A DNA stretch of 64,000 nucleotides from Halioglobus sp. (lineage in GTDB: Bacteria > Pseudomonadota > Gammaproteobacteria > Pseudomonadales > Halieaceae): the NCBI GenBank assembly GCA_041396025.1, contig JAWKZL010000004.1, positions 113,116-177,115 of the forward strand, read 5' to 3'. The notes below the pieces were generated by a model, which searched no databases, had not been told where the DNA came from, and worked only from the letters and a program-made list of their open reading frames with translations. Positions 49,785-60,772 of the stretch are shown here, piece by piece. Numbering within the stretch: position 1 is the first letter of the stretch; every line of letters begins with the position of its first letter. Both the position numbers and the translations under genes were made by a program.

Positions 49785-51676
49785 TGGAGTTTCATCTTAT
49801 GCGTCCCCAGTGGCTGCTGACACTGGTACCGGCATTTATTCTGCTGGTAATGCTATGGCGGCAAAGAAAGCGCAGCGGCAGTTGGCAAGCAGTAATCGCG
49901 CCACAACTATTGCGTCATCTGGTCAAAGTCAACAGCGCCGCGCGCGGTAGTAATCTGTTGCCGCTGGTCTTTCTGGGATGGCTATTGGCTGCCCTTGCGG
50001 CCAGTGGCCCCAGCTGGCATAAAATCGCCGAACCCGTGCACCAGAAGCAGGATGCGCTGGTGATCCTGCTCGACCTGAGTTACTCCATGAAGTCGGCAGA
50101 CCTGGCACCTTCCAGGCTCGATCGCGCCCGTCAAAAGTTGTTGGATCTGTTACAACAGCGGCGCGAGGGACAAACCGGCCTTATAGCCTACGCCGGCGAC
50201 GCCCATATTGTGACGCCGCTCACCGATGACACGCCGACGATTGCCAACCTGCTCCCGGCACTCAACCCCGATATGATGCCGCTGCCAGGCAGTGAACCGG
50301 TTAGCGCTGTAACACAGGCGCTCGAACTGCTGCGCTCTGCGGGCATTCGCGGCGGACGAATTCTATTGGTTACCGATGGCGTGTCGGAGAAGGATCGTAA
50401 AGGAATTGCCCAAGTGCTCTCGGGTAGCAATGTACAACTGAGTGTAATGGGCGTGGGCACCACAACCGGCGCTCCCATTCCACTACCCAATGGCGGCTTT
50501 CTAAAAGACAAACAAGGCACCATTGTCATGCCAGGACTCGACGAGCAGGGCTTACGCGCGCTTGCCGATGATACCGGGGGTAGTTATCGGCGCATGCAGA
50601 TGAACGACAGCGATCTGCAACCTCTGCTGCAGGCCAGCGCTGCAAACGAATCCACAGACACCCTGGCTCTGGAGCGCACGGCTGACACCTGGGAAGACCA
50701 GGGCTATCTATTTGTGCTGGCGCTGCTACCGCTGGCATTGTGCTCATTTCGACGCGGCTGGCTGCTCACCTTATTGCCGCTGTTGATCCTGGCGCAACCG
50801 GATACCGTGCATGCCGACACCTGGGACAACCTCTGGCTGACACCTGATCAACAGGGTCAGCGAGCACTGCAGCAGGGTGACAATGAGAAAGCTGCTGCCT
50901 TGTTTGAAAGTCCGGATTGGGCGGGGACAGCCGCCTACCAGAGCGGTGATTACGAAACGGCTATCGAGCGTTTCGCTGAGCCCGATAGTGCCGACAGTCT
51001 CTACAATCGAGGGAACGCGCTGGCCCGTGCGGGTGAGCTGGACAAGGCCATAGCAGCCTACGAAAAATCGTTGACACTGAAACCTGATCAGAAAGATGCC
51101 GAGGCCAACCTGGACTTGCTGCGCAAGCTCAAGGAGCAGCAACAACAGCAGGATCAGAACCAGAAACAGGACCAAAACCAGCAGCAGGACCGGGATCAGC
51201 AACAAAGTCAGGATCAGCAGCAAGGCCAGGATCAGCAGCAAGGCCAGGACCAGCAGCAAAACCAGGACCAGCAGCAAGGCAAGGACCAGCAGCAAAACCA
51301 GGACCAGCAGCAAGGCCAGGAACAGCAGCAGGGCCAGGAACAGCAGCAGGGCCAGGACCAGCAGCCGGGCCAGGATCAGCAGCAGGGCCAGGAACAGCAG
51401 CAGGGCCAGGAACAGCAGCAGGGCCAGGAACAGCAGCAGGATCAGACAAACACTAAAGGTGAGAGCGCGGCAGAATCAGCAGAGGAAAGATCCGGTGAGG
51501 AACAACAGAGTCAACAGGCTACAGCCGGACCTGGCGAACAGGAGCGCGATCAGGCGATGGAGCAGTGGCTGCGCCGCGTGCCAGATGATCCCTCCGGTCT
51601 GTTGCGAGAGAAATTCCGCTACGAAAGTCGCCAAAGGCAGCAACAGGGTGCAGGGAGAGACGATGAAATTTATTAG
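49781..51676 (+). CDS. BatB/BatC-like VWA + TPR protein with Q-rich linker
   Basis: DLSYSM, PLTDD, YNRGNALA TPR, QWLRRVPDDPSGLLREKF. Confidence 0.9.
   Translation: MMEFHLMRPQWLLTLVPAFILLVMLWRQRKRSGSWQAVIAPQLLRHLVKVNSAARGSNLLPLVFLGWLLAALAASGPSWHKIAEPVHQKQDALVILLDLSYSMKSADLAPSRLDRARQKLLDLLQQRREGQTGLIAYAGDAHIVTPLTDDTPTIANLLPALNPDMMPLPGSEPVSAVTQALELLRSAGIRGGRILLVTDGVSEKDRKGIAQVLSGSNVQLSVMGVGTTTGAPIPLPNGGFLKDKQGTIVMPGLDEQGLRALADDTGGSYRRMQMNDSDLQPLLQASAANESTDTLALERTADTWEDQGYLFVLALLPLALCSFRRGWLLTLLPLLILAQPDTVHADTWDNLWLTPDQQGQRALQQGDNEKAAALFESPDWAGTAAYQSGDYETAIERFAEPDSADSLYNRGNALARAGELDKAIAAYEKSLTLKPDQKDAEANLDLLRKLKEQQQQQDQNQKQDQNQQQDRDQQQSQDQQQGQDQQQGQDQQQNQDQQQGKDQQQNQDQQQGQEQQQGQEQQQGQDQQPGQDQQQGQEQQQGQEQQQGQEQQQDQTNTKGESAAESAEERSGEEQQSQQATAGPGEQERDQAMEQWLRRVPDDPSGLLREKFRYESRQRQQQGAGRDDEIY
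51136..51445 (+). repeat. 18-bp coding tandem repeat (approx. CAGGAnCAGCAGCAGGGC), about 16 copies encoding Q(D/E)QQQG
   Basis: Directly visible; opens stop-free frames on both strands. Confidence 0.95.
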
Positions 51677-53369
51677 CAATACGCTATTTGCGAGCCTGGT
51701 TATGCTTGTAACCTTGGCCGCCGGGCTCGCTCACGGGGCAGTGACCGCCAATGTGGACCGCAACAGAGTGTCGCTTGGCGATACCCTACGACTGACGATT
51801 ACGGCCACCGATGATGAAGAGATCAGTGACCAGGTGTTGAACCCGCTGCAGACGGATTTTGAAATCCTGAATCGTTCAACCAGCAGCAATACCAGTATTA
51901 TCAATGGTCGCATATCTCAGTCCCGGCAGATGATCGTCGAGCTTGCGCCGCGAAAGGAAGGCACCTTTCAGGTCCCGGCCTTGCAAATAGACGGAAAGAC
52001 TACCTCACCCATCACCATCGCAGTGACTCCCGCTACAGACACGCACAGTGATGGACAGGCAGTTGTATTCGAAGCAGAAGTGGACCACGACAGTGTGTAC
52101 GTGCAGGGCCAGATAATCCTGACCCTGCGTGTGCAACAGTCAGTCAACCTGGAAGGACGCAGTGTGTCTGAACTGAAGCTGGACAACGCATTCGTGAAAC
52201 CACTGGAGCAGCACTCATTCCAACGCACAATTAACGGGGTACCGTGGCTGGTTGATGAATTGCGGTACGCGATCTTTCCTGAACACAGTGGCACGCTGGA
52301 AATTCCGGCGCAGGTTTTCTCGGGCAGAATCGATCAGGGCCGGCGCAGTTTCTTTGACATCGGCAGAGGTGGCCAGCAGGTGCGGCGCAGCACGCAACCG
52401 TTGAGCATCACGGTATTGCCCAAGCCTGCGAGTTTCGGCACCTCGGATTGGTTGCCAGCGCGCAATCTGACCCTGCAGGAAAACTGGTCTATTGAGCCGG
52501 ACAAACTACACGTTGGGGAATCTGCAACGCGTACAATCCGCATCGTGGGAGAGGGGTTGCAGGGCGCCCAGTTGCCGCCGGTAATGTTTACACCTATTGA
52601 AGGCCTCAAGTATTACCCCGATCAACCGAACATCAGTGAACAGGAAACCAGCAATGGTCTTGAGGGTATTCGAGAAGACAGTGCCGCTGTAGTGCCTACC
52701 CAGGCAGGCCGCTACGTCATTCCGGAAATTCGCATACCCTGGTGGGACACACAGACTGACCAGTTGCAGTATGCAGTATTGCCTGAACGTACGATTACAG
52801 TGCTGGCCGCGCAGCCCGGGCATGACGCGCCGTCAAATGCAATTCCCGCCACTGCAGGCGACGTGAATACCGTTGTACCAGCAACCCCCTCCTACCCTGC
52901 CGCACTGCCGCAGCAGCCGCTTATCTGGCAAATACTCTTTGCTGTCAGCACGCTGGGTTGGCTGGTTACCGCGTTGTTCCTGTGGCGCCGTCGCGCACCC
53001 ACTGACGCAACGTATCCGCGCGCCGTGGAAAATGTTGCCGAGAAACAAGCATTCAAGCAACTCCTGTTAGCCTGTGCTGCCGGGAACGCGCCGGAGGCCC
53101 GTGCCGCATGTGTCAGCTGGGCGAATGCATTGGCACCAGAAAGGAAAATCGTATCACTTGAGCAAGTGGCTGAGTTATTTCGTGATCAGGACCTGACTGC
53201 CCAACTGACGAGTTTGGATGCCACTTTGTATCGCCCAGAGAGCGCAACATGGGTTGGTGATGCATTGGCCGACTGCGCAAGACGCATGCGGAGGCACCAT
53301 GACGGTCAGCGACCAGACGCAAGCGAACAGTTAAAACTCTATCCCGACACCGAAGTAACCAAAGCGTAA
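51663..53369 (+). CDS. batD: BatD family protein
   Basis: True start MKFISNT at 51663 (signal peptide), VDRNRV, YVQGQ, WLPA, IPWWDT, C-terminal TM. Confidence 0.9.
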   Translation: MKFISNTLFASLVMLVTLAAGLAHGAVTANVDRNRVSLGDTLRLTITATDDEEISDQVLNPLQTDFEILNRSTSSNTSIINGRISQSRQMIVELAPRKEGTFQVPALQIDGKTTSPITIAVTPATDTHSDGQAVVFEAEVDHDSVYVQGQIILTLRVQQSVNLEGRSVSELKLDNAFVKPLEQHSFQRTINGVPWLVDELRYAIFPEHSGTLEIPAQVFSGRIDQGRRSFFDIGRGGQQVRRSTQPLSITVLPKPASFGTSDWLPARNLTLQENWSIEPDKLHVGESATRTIRIVGEGLQGAQLPPVMFTPIEGLKYYPDQPNISEQETSNGLEGIREDSAAVVPTQAGRYVIPEIRIPWWDTQTDQLQYAVLPERTITVLAAQPGHDAPSNAIPATAGDVNTVVPATPSYPAALPQQPLIWQILFAVSTLGWLVTALFLWRRRAPTDATYPRAVENVAEKQAFKQLLLACAAGNAPEARAACVSWANALAPERKIVSLEQVAELFRDQDLTAQLTSLDATLYRPESATWVGDALADCARRMRRHHDGQRPDASEQLKLYPDTEVTKA

Positions 53370-53475
53370 CCGGAAACAAGCCGGTGCAGGAAGCAGTAAA
53401 TAGCACCCGACCCTGACGGGTCAAACCGGGTACGACACCCGGAATGTCCCGGCAGCCTAGATTTGCATTTGCGCG

Positions 53476-53682
53476 CTATTTAGGAATGACATTATTTGCA
53501 CAAGGGCCTTTCTGGCCCTGGCCGACCTCAAATTCCACAGCCTGGCCGTCCTTGAGCGTGGCAAAACCACCGCCGCTTTTGATTTGCGAATGATGGACGA
53601 ACAGGTCCTTGCCACCATCTTCAGGCGTGATAAAGCCAAAACCCTTGTCCGCATTGAACCACTTAACCGTGCCTTTACTCAT
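53476..53682 (-). CDS. Cold-shock protein (CspA family)
   Basis: [18 protein letters not shown] (RNP1), LFVHHS (RNP2), GQKGP. Confidence 0.96.
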   Translation of the reverse strand: MSKGTVKWFNADKGFGFITPEDGGKDLFVHHSQIKSGGGFATLKDGQAVEFEVGQGQKGPCANNVIPK

Positions 53683-53768
53683 ATTACTTACTCGACATAA
53701 TGGGTGAATGATTGTGAGTTTCCATCTTCGCATTCACCGGTACGAAGGGGAATTTACCAAATATCGGG

Positions 53769-53939
53769 TTACCTCGGCTTACCGCTGCTATCGGAATCTA
53801 TTGCCACTGAGGGGTTGGTACTGGAATCCAAAGACGGGGCGGGATCTTCTGCAAGCTTTCGCTGGCGCTTCTCTTCCTTTTTCTTCTTCTTGGCAAGCTC
53901 TTTCTGGCGCTTTTCAAATGCGTAATTGGGTTTAGCCAT
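53769..53939 (-). CDS. Small basic protein (56 aa) upstream of csp
   Basis: Manual translation MAKPNYAFEKRQKELAKKKKKEEKRQRKLAEDPAPSLDSS...; below the ORF-track cutoff. Confidence 0.75.
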   Translation of the reverse strand: MAKPNYAFEKRQKELAKKKKKEEKRQRKLAEDPAPSLDSSTNPSVAIDSDSSGKPR

Positions 53940-54073
53940 CACTCTGCCTCATCTGCGACAATCTCCCCAGCGGCGCGCGGAAAGACTGCAGTTGGCTCAA
54001 TTTAGCACACCCGCTGAACAAATGCTGTGTTGTCACAGTTCCCAGCCCAAAAATCCTGGTGCGATATTCCTGC

Positions 54074-56730
54074 TTAGTGCAGCGATTTGGTGACGATTTC
54101 AAAGACATCCGGGGACAGCCCTGGCTCACTGGCGATGCGCTGCAGTTCTGCCCGCATTAAATCTGCCCTGCCGGCGTAATTGCGCCATTTGGTCAGTGGC
54201 GTAAGGAGGCGCGAGGCCATTTGTGGGTTCAGCTTGTTTAGCTGTAGCACCACATCGCAGAGCCAACGATAGCCGGCGCCGTCGAGTCGATGAAATTGCG
54301 TCGGGTTCAGGTTGCTAAAACCTCCCACCAGAGCACGTACCTTATTGGGATTGCGCAGATCGAAAGCCGCGTGGCCGAACAATGCCTGTACTCTTGCCAG
54401 CGCCTCGCTATCGGGGATCGCCGCTTGTACCTGCAGCCACTGGTTGACAACCAGTACCTCGTGTTGCCAATCGCGGTAGAAGCTATCCAGCGCAGATTCA
54501 CGCATGGCACGGTCACCCCAGAAGGCAATCTCTCTGAAAGCAGCCAGTCGATCAGTCATATTGCCAGCCAGACGATACTGTTCGTCGGCGAGTTGCAGAT
54601 TAGCGCGATCGGCGCTGACCAGATAGCCCAGGCATACATTGCGCAAGCTGCGTTGCGCAATTTGCTGTGCATCGGGTGCATAAGGTGCTGTGCTACGCAG
54701 AGACAGATAACGCGCCAGAAAAGGTTCGGCCAAAGCATTGCCGAGCGTGCTGCAAACCAGATTACGCGCGCAATGAATGGTGTCGACGTCGGCGCCGCCA
54801 TTGTGGCTGGACAACTGTGCCAGATAATCCTCTCCAGGCAGGCGCAACATTTCCGCCACCATCGCCAAATCAAGAGACTCATCATGGAGTAAGTCACTGC
54901 AGGCACCGACCAGCAACGGATCAACCTCCGCCGCGGCGCCTGCAAGCAATTGCGACTGCACTTCAAAGATCACGCGGGTCGACAAAGCCTGTGCGCTGTC
55001 CCACCGCACGAAGCCATCGGCGTCCCGACGCATAAGTGCGCATAGATCAGACTTGCTGTAGTCGTACTGCAAGCGCACAGGAGCAGAAAAGCCGCGCAAC
55101 AAAGACGGCACAGGGCGCTCCAACACACCGTCAAATACAAAACTTTGCGCCGACCGATCCACGGTTAACACCATGTGTGTGTTGTCTGCAGTGTCCAGGT
55201 CCGGTGCAGTCCCGGCCAGTTGCAGACGCAGGTTGCCGGCCTCCCCCAGTAAGCCTAGTGCCAGCGGGATGACAAAGGGTTGTTTGTGCAACTGACCCGG
55301 CGTCGCCGGGCAGGATTGTTCAACGTGTAGGGTATACCGCTGCCCTGCCTGATCGTACTCGTCGCGCACCGCAAGCAATGGAGTACCCGCCTGATCGTAC
55401 CAGCGTCGAAACTGTTGCAGGTCTACTCCGCTGGCATCCTCCATCGCCCGCACAAAATCTTCGCAGGTGACCGCCTGTCCGTCATGGCGAGCGAAATACA
55501 GATCAGAGCCGCGGCGAAATCGGTCTTCGCCCAGCAGCGTGTGGATCATGCGCACGACCTCAGCGCCTTTTTCATACACGGTTAGTGTATAAAAGTTGTT
55601 GATCTCAATGAACGACTGTGGCCGCACCGGGTGAGCCATCGGGCCGGCGTCCTCGGCAAACTGCGCGGTGCGCAACACTGTGACATCCTCAACCCGCTTT
55701 ACCGTGGGCGAGCCCATGTCGGCGGAAAACTGTGCGTCACGAAATACCGTGAAGCCCTCTTTCAAGCTGAGTTGGAACCAGTCGCGGCAGGTAACTCGAT
55801 TGCCGCTCCAGTTGTGAAAATACTCATGCGCGACGATGGATTGCACGCGCTGAAATCCGCTGTCGGTGGTAGTCTGTGGATTGCACAGGACACAGGATGT
55901 ATTGAAGATATTGAGGCTTTTATTCTCCATTGCGCCCATGTTGAAATCATCAACCGCGACAATATTGAAGATATCCAGATCGTACTCCCGACCATACGCT
56001 TCCTCGTCCCAGCACATCGCCTGCTGCAAGGAATGCATCGCGTGGCCACATTTGTCCAAGTCCTTTTCTTCACTATAAATTCGCAGTGTGACCCGCCGTT
56101 GACTGAAGGTGGTAAAGCTGTCCTCAATGTGGGCCAGGTCGCCGGCGACCAAAGCAAACAAATACGCTGGCTTGGGAAAGGGATCGTGCCAAACCGCTCG
56201 ATGACGCCCCTCATCAAGAGTTGTTGATTCGAAGAGATTGCCGTTACTCAGCAGAACCGGATACCGGCTTTGCTCGGCGTCAATTGTCACGGTAAATACC
56301 GACATCACATCGGGGCGATCAAGGTAGTAGGTAATCCTGCGAAAGCCCTCGGCCTCGCACTGCGTGCAAAATAACTTTCGTGACTTATACAGACCGGATA
56401 GCGACGTATTTTCTGCGGGTAAATGCGCGTCCTGCAAGCGACTATACACTGCTCCGGGACCGCGTGGATCAGCAACGATTCATCGCTAACCACATATTCC
56501 GCACTGTTCAATGCCAAACCGTCAACAGACACCGATATCAGTTCCAGCGCTTCACCATGCAGTAGCAGTGAGTGATCTTTGGCAACTGAGCCGTCGCGCA
56601 ACAGGTGCAATCTGGAGGATATAATCGCGCAATCCTCGTACAGTTCAACATGCAACTCTGTACGACTGATCAGGTAGGCTGGAGGTAGATAGTCTTTGAG
56701 GTAGATGGTCGTCGGACTCGCATCGCGCAT
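54074..56730 (-). CDS. pepN: Aminopeptidase N (frameshift at about 56412)
   Basis: The N-terminal TIYLKDY ORF (56305..56730) joins [11 protein letters not shown]...GAMENK...HEYFH...LKEG (54074..56449). Confidence 0.93.
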
Positions 56731-56734
56731 GGTA

Positions 56735-57574
56735 TTAGTCCGCCACTCGCAACGACAGCTGGTAGCCGCCGTATTTACGCATATTGATAACCCCCGTATC
56801 GAAAATCAGGTACTGGCCTTTAATGCCCAGCAAAGTGCCGCCAATTGCAGGCGTCTTGTCGAGGTTAAATGAACTGACCTTGGTAGGATATTGCAAAACG
56901 GGGTATTCAATCTGTATCTCCTCCTCTTCGCTCAACGCCGTGAAAGACTGTAAACCATGCTGTTGTACCAGAGCATCCAACTCGGACGTGCACTGTGCCA
57001 TCAGGGTCTGTCGCGCCTGCTTTAGATCACAGGTTTGCGCACTGCTTTTCAACATCGCCTGCCAATTGGTTTTATCTGCGACATGCGCTTTTAACACCAT
57101 TTCCAAGAGTCCGGAATGCAGTCTGGTGGCGACGCGAAAAATGGGCAGGGCCTGCGTAGCACCCTGGTCCATCCAACGCGTCGGGACCTGTGTTTCTCGC
57201 GTAATGCCCACTTTTAGCCCGGAAGTATTCGCCAGATAAACAATGTGCGGGATCATACAGTGCTGCTCGCCCCAACTGGGCTCGCGACAGGTACCCGCTG
57301 CATAATGGCATTTCTGCGGACTGACGATACAGCTGTCACACTGGGCCAGTCGCTGGAAACAGGGATAGCAGTAACCCTGGTTAAAACTCTTGTTGGTTTT
57401 ACGGTCACAGTGAATGCAATTGATTGCACCCTCATAGACAAGCTGCAGCGATTTTCCAAGGTAATCGTTTAAAGCAATTTCATGGTCACCAAGCAGCATC
57501 GTATAGCGCACCGGGTTGTCCAGGCGGGTTTTCATTTTGCGTACTGCGCCAGCGAGCACTGTCTGCGTCACCAA
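56735..57574 (-). CDS. DUF2797 family protein
   Basis: CIHC..KT.KSFNQGYCYPCF, HIVYLANTSGLKVGITR, GIKGQYL. Confidence 0.9.
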   Translation of the reverse strand: MVTQTVLAGAVRKMKTRLDNPVRYTMLLGDHEIALNDYLGKSLQLVYEGAINCIHCDRKTNKSFNQGYCYPCFQRLAQCDSCIVSPQKCHYAAGTCREPSWGEQHCMIPHIVYLANTSGLKVGITRETQVPTRWMDQGATQALPIFRVATRLHSGLLEMVLKAHVADKTNWQAMLKSSAQTCDLKQARQTLMAQCTSELDALVQQHGLQSFTALSEEEEIQIEYPVLQYPTKVSSFNLDKTPAIGGTLLGIKGQYLIFDTGVINMRKYGGYQLSLRVAD

Positions 57575-57580
57575 ATTCCC

Positions 57581-57847
57581 CTAGTCTTTCCAATGCAGCG
57601 GCGTTTCCTGCGGTGTGTCACACGAGTCACCTGCCTGTGGCTTTTTCTCGATATAGCCTACCCGTTCATGGACGGGAAGATGCTGCTCTCCCCAGGCAAT
57701 GATAGCTTGCATGGCATTACCGCGCTGGCGCTCTGTAAGGCGTTTTCCATCGGGCCACTTCCCTGATTCCACCGCGCGTAGCAGGCGCTGGTAAACGTCA
57801 GGCGTCATCGTAGCGATCAGTTGTTGGTATTCCATCGAAAGTTTCAT
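57581..57847 (-). CDS. YeaC/DUF1315 family protein
   Basis: MTPDVYQRL..AVE.GKWPDG..LT..QR...MQA. Confidence 0.9.
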   Translation of the reverse strand: MKLSMEYQQLIATMTPDVYQRLLRAVESGKWPDGKRLTERQRGNAMQAIIAWGEQHLPVHERVGYIEKKPQAGDSCDTPQETPLHWKD

Positions 57848-57879
57848 GCTATTGACGTTGCAGATTATAACCGCGTGGG

Positions 57880-58743
57880 TCAGCGCTTGTCGCTGCTGAT
57901 TCGTGAGAGCCCGCCGACCAATGCACCCAGAACAGCGCCACAGATAAGTCCACCAACGTGCGCAGCATTAGCCACAGCGCCAAAACCCAGCACCTCGACC
58001 ATGCCCAGTATGCAGGCCACCAACCACCCGACCATTAGTAACATGATCGGTGTTGAGGGTCTTATGTCCCATGCAGGTTGCAGCAGCGGAGCCACCCAGG
58101 AGAATCCGAGAAGGCCGTAAACGACGCCGGACATGCCACCAAATAACCCGCTGCCGCCAAAAACAAATTGGCTGGAATTGGATACGATGGCAATAACAAG
58201 GAACAGCATAAACATATTGAAATGCCCGATGACCCGTTCTGCTCGTGCCCCCAGATCCCACAACCACAGGCAGTTAAACGCAATATGCAACCAGCTAAAA
58301 TGCAAAAATGCCGGCGTGACGAGGCGCCAGTACTCGTGGTTCATACTCTCAAACAGTAACTGTCCACTGCTTGCTTTGAACGGGGTGAAGGTCAGCAAGC
58401 TTACCAGCGGCATCGCCGATGGCAGTGACACCAGTGCAAAACCGCAGATACTCAGCACAACCAGCAACAGCGTGACCGGCGAGCTGCGCCATTGCAACCG
58501 TGCGCCCCGGGGTGTCGCCGTCGATGGCGCTTTAGAGAGCTCAATTTTCACATCGCCCGCCCGCCATGCTTTGTACAGGGACTGGACCTTTTGTACCTGT
58601 TCCTCGCGCTGCACGGTGACAACCTGGCGGCCGCCCTCCTCGAATACCCGGTGCACCACGGCATGCTGATGTAACAGCACACTCAGCGGCAGAAGATCCT
58701 CTTCCACCGGCACACTAATTGCTTGATGAAATTCTGTCATCAA
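57880..58743 (-). CDS. glpG: Rhomboid intramembrane serine protease
   Basis: WRLVTPAFLHF...HIAFN, GMSG, ANAAHVGG. Confidence 0.93.
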   Translation of the reverse strand: MMTEFHQAISVPVEEDLLPLSVLLHQHAVVHRVFEEGGRQVVTVQREEQVQKVQSLYKAWRAGDVKIELSKAPSTATPRGARLQWRSSPVTLLLVVLSICGFALVSLPSAMPLVSLLTFTPFKASSGQLLFESMNHEYWRLVTPAFLHFSWLHIAFNCLWLWDLGARAERVIGHFNMFMLFLVIAIVSNSSQFVFGGSGLFGGMSGVVYGLLGFSWVAPLLQPAWDIRPSTPIMLLMVGWLVACILGMVEVLGFGAVANAAHVGGLICGAVLGALVGGLSRISSDKR

Positions 58744-59624
58744 TCAACCAGCGCATTGCTCCAGTGCAGTTTATCCCTGCAACTGGCGTAAAAACTGTGC
58801 CCCTTGGGATGAAGCAGTGTCAGGTGATGGGGATTCTTGGCGATATATACCGAGTCCCCCGGCCGCGCCTTCATAATAGCGCGACCGTCGCAGGTGACCG
58901 GCGGGTGAATACGGTTGCGCGCGAGCACATCCAGCCGAATCTCCGAATCTCCATCCACGACAATGGGCCGACTGCTCAACGCGTGCGGAAACATTGGCAC
59001 CAGCACAATGGCGTTCAGCGTGGGGTGCATGATGGGACCACCACCAGACAGCGAATAGGCAGTGGAACCGGTCGGGGTTGACACAATCAAGCCATCGGCG
59101 CGCTGGCGATAGACGAAGGTGTCATTGATGGACAACTCGAATTCGATCATCTGCGCAGAGGAGCCGGAGTTGACCACAACATCGTTCAGCGCGTCCTCAC
59201 CCCCGATAGACTGGCCGTCGCGGCGCACCTCGGCGGTCAGCAAAAAACGGTTTTCCGCTACAAAATTACCGTCCAGTACGGCGGCCACCTGTACCGCAAT
59301 CTCATCGGGCGAGATATCTGTGAGGAAACCCAGTCTCCCGCGATTCACCCCTACCACCGGTGTATGATACTTGGCAAGGGTTCGCGCGGCACCCAGCAGG
59401 CTACCATCGCCACCAACCACAATCACCAGATCTGCTGTTTCACCAATAGCATCCAGGGAAGCAAGACTGGCACCGCTATCGGGAAGCACGTCCCCCAGGT
59501 TCTCCTCCAGCAATACATTCAGCCCGCGCGCCTGCAACAGAGCCAAAAGCTCGCGCAGGACCGTGGTCAGACCGCGCTGTCGGCTGCGACCGGCCAAACC
59601 GATATTTCTGAATGCTGCCTGCAT
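58740..59624 (-). CDS. nadK: NAD(+) kinase
   Basis: GGDGS, GRLGFLTD, ALND, DGLIVSTPTGSTAYSLSGGG. Confidence 0.96.
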   Translation of the reverse strand: MQAAFRNIGLAGRSRQRGLTTVLRELLALLQARGLNVLLEENLGDVLPDSGASLASLDAIGETADLVIVVGGDGSLLGAARTLAKYHTPVVGVNRGRLGFLTDISPDEIAVQVAAVLDGNFVAENRFLLTAEVRRDGQSIGGEDALNDVVVNSGSSAQMIEFELSINDTFVYRQRADGLIVSTPTGSTAYSLSGGGPIMHPTLNAIVLVPMFPHALSSRPIVVDGDSEIRLDVLARNRIHPPVTCDGRAIMKARPGDSVYIAKNPHHLTLLHPKGHSFYASCRDKLHWSNALVD

Positions 59625-59718
59625 GGTGCCTGATTCCTGACTGGAAAGGACTGCTATTATAAACACGAACCCAACTCATAGAGCAGCGCACATTTTTAAT
59701 TCCTACCAGACACAGGCT

Positions 59719-60621
59719 GTGCGAGACCTCGCCTGGGCCTGCTTTTCCCCGCCGCTGCTGTACATCGAGCAATTGGTCAGCACCGCATCGGGAATTGCAA
59801 CCTGCCCGCTACAGATGACAACGGCGCGACAACAGTGGCTTGCAGCCCTTGATTGCGATGACTCCGCGCTGCTGGAACACTTGTCGAGGCGTCCAAGTCA
59901 CCGCCTGGGTGTGTATTTCGAGCAGCTGTGGCATTTTTTCCTCCAGCACGACCCACATACCGAGCTCATTGCACACAATCTGGCGATTCGCGATGAAAGC
60001 AGAACACTGGGAGAATTCGATTGCCTTTATTACTGCACACAACGCGACACCCATATCCATCTTGAACTCGCCGTGAAATTTTATCTTGGTGTGGCGAGCA
60101 AAGATAAGGAGACTGCGGGTATCAACGCACAAGACTGGTGGGGTCCCGACAGACGCGACCGCCTTGATACCAAGCTGGAGCAGCTACTACAACGGCAGAT
60201 TCTGCTGGGAGATCTCCCTGCCGCACAATCAAAACTGAGTGCACTTAACATGGGTAAGGTTGCACGAGAGATTGCGCTCAAGGGATATTTGTTCTGGCCT
60301 GGCCATGCCACAATGCACGCTCCTGCTGGCTACAACAACGCGTGTGCCCGCAACATCTGGTTGCGGTTTGACGCACTTGCAGCTCACATGGCAACAATCG
60401 ACGCACAGACTGCCCTGATTCTTCCCAAAATGCGCTGGCTAAGCAAAGTGCAGTGCGCTACTGCAATAACGCGGCTCAGCCCAAGCGCCTTAGTACAACA
60501 GCTTGCGCAGGATTTTTCGCAAGATCGCTACCCACGTTTGATCGTTGCGCTGAATCGCGACGGCTCAGAACTGAGTCGATTTTTTGTTACCCCGAATTTT
60601 TGGCCTGAGCGGCAACATTAA
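59719..60621 (+). CDS. DUF1853 family protein (predicted PD-(D/E)XK fold)
   Basis: RDLAW, RLGVYFEQLW, TLGEFD.L, HLELAVKFYLG, W.GP...DRLD.K. Confidence 0.88.
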   Translation: MRDLAWACFSPPLLYIEQLVSTASGIATCPLQMTTARQQWLAALDCDDSALLEHLSRRPSHRLGVYFEQLWHFFLQHDPHTELIAHNLAIRDESRTLGEFDCLYYCTQRDTHIHLELAVKFYLGVASKDKETAGINAQDWWGPDRRDRLDTKLEQLLQRQILLGDLPAAQSKLSALNMGKVAREIALKGYLFWPGHATMHAPAGYNNACARNIWLRFDALAAHMATIDAQTALILPKMRWLSKVQCATAITRLSPSALVQQLAQDFSQDRYPRLIVALNRDGSELSRFFVTPNFWPERQH

Positions 60622-60772
60622 CGGCGCCCTGGAAATTTTTGCGCATGCCAGTGGCAAAGTTGCACACCGCAGCACATCACTATCGACCCAGCGGCAAATC
60701 GACCGATGGCGGTACAATTGTTAAGCGCAGCAAATTATACTGCGATCAATGACAACTACATGAGCAGCATTC

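Noticed and set aside
51136-51445. Possible CRISPR array
   Set aside because: Contiguous in-frame tandem units without unique spacers, and no cas genes.
51096-51662. Long S/R-rich N-terminal extension of BatD and antisense ORFs 50771..51313 and 51129..51449
   Set aside because: Artefacts of the stop-free 18-bp repeat. The real BatD start is 51663, with a signal peptide.
46363-53369. MoxR-DUF58-DUF4381-BatA-BatB/C-BatD as a novel system
   Set aside because: A well-known, widely conserved operon in canonical order.
56305-56449. Programmed frameshifting in pepN
   Set aside because: No canonical slippery heptamer or stimulator seen, and similar indels elsewhere favour sequencing error.
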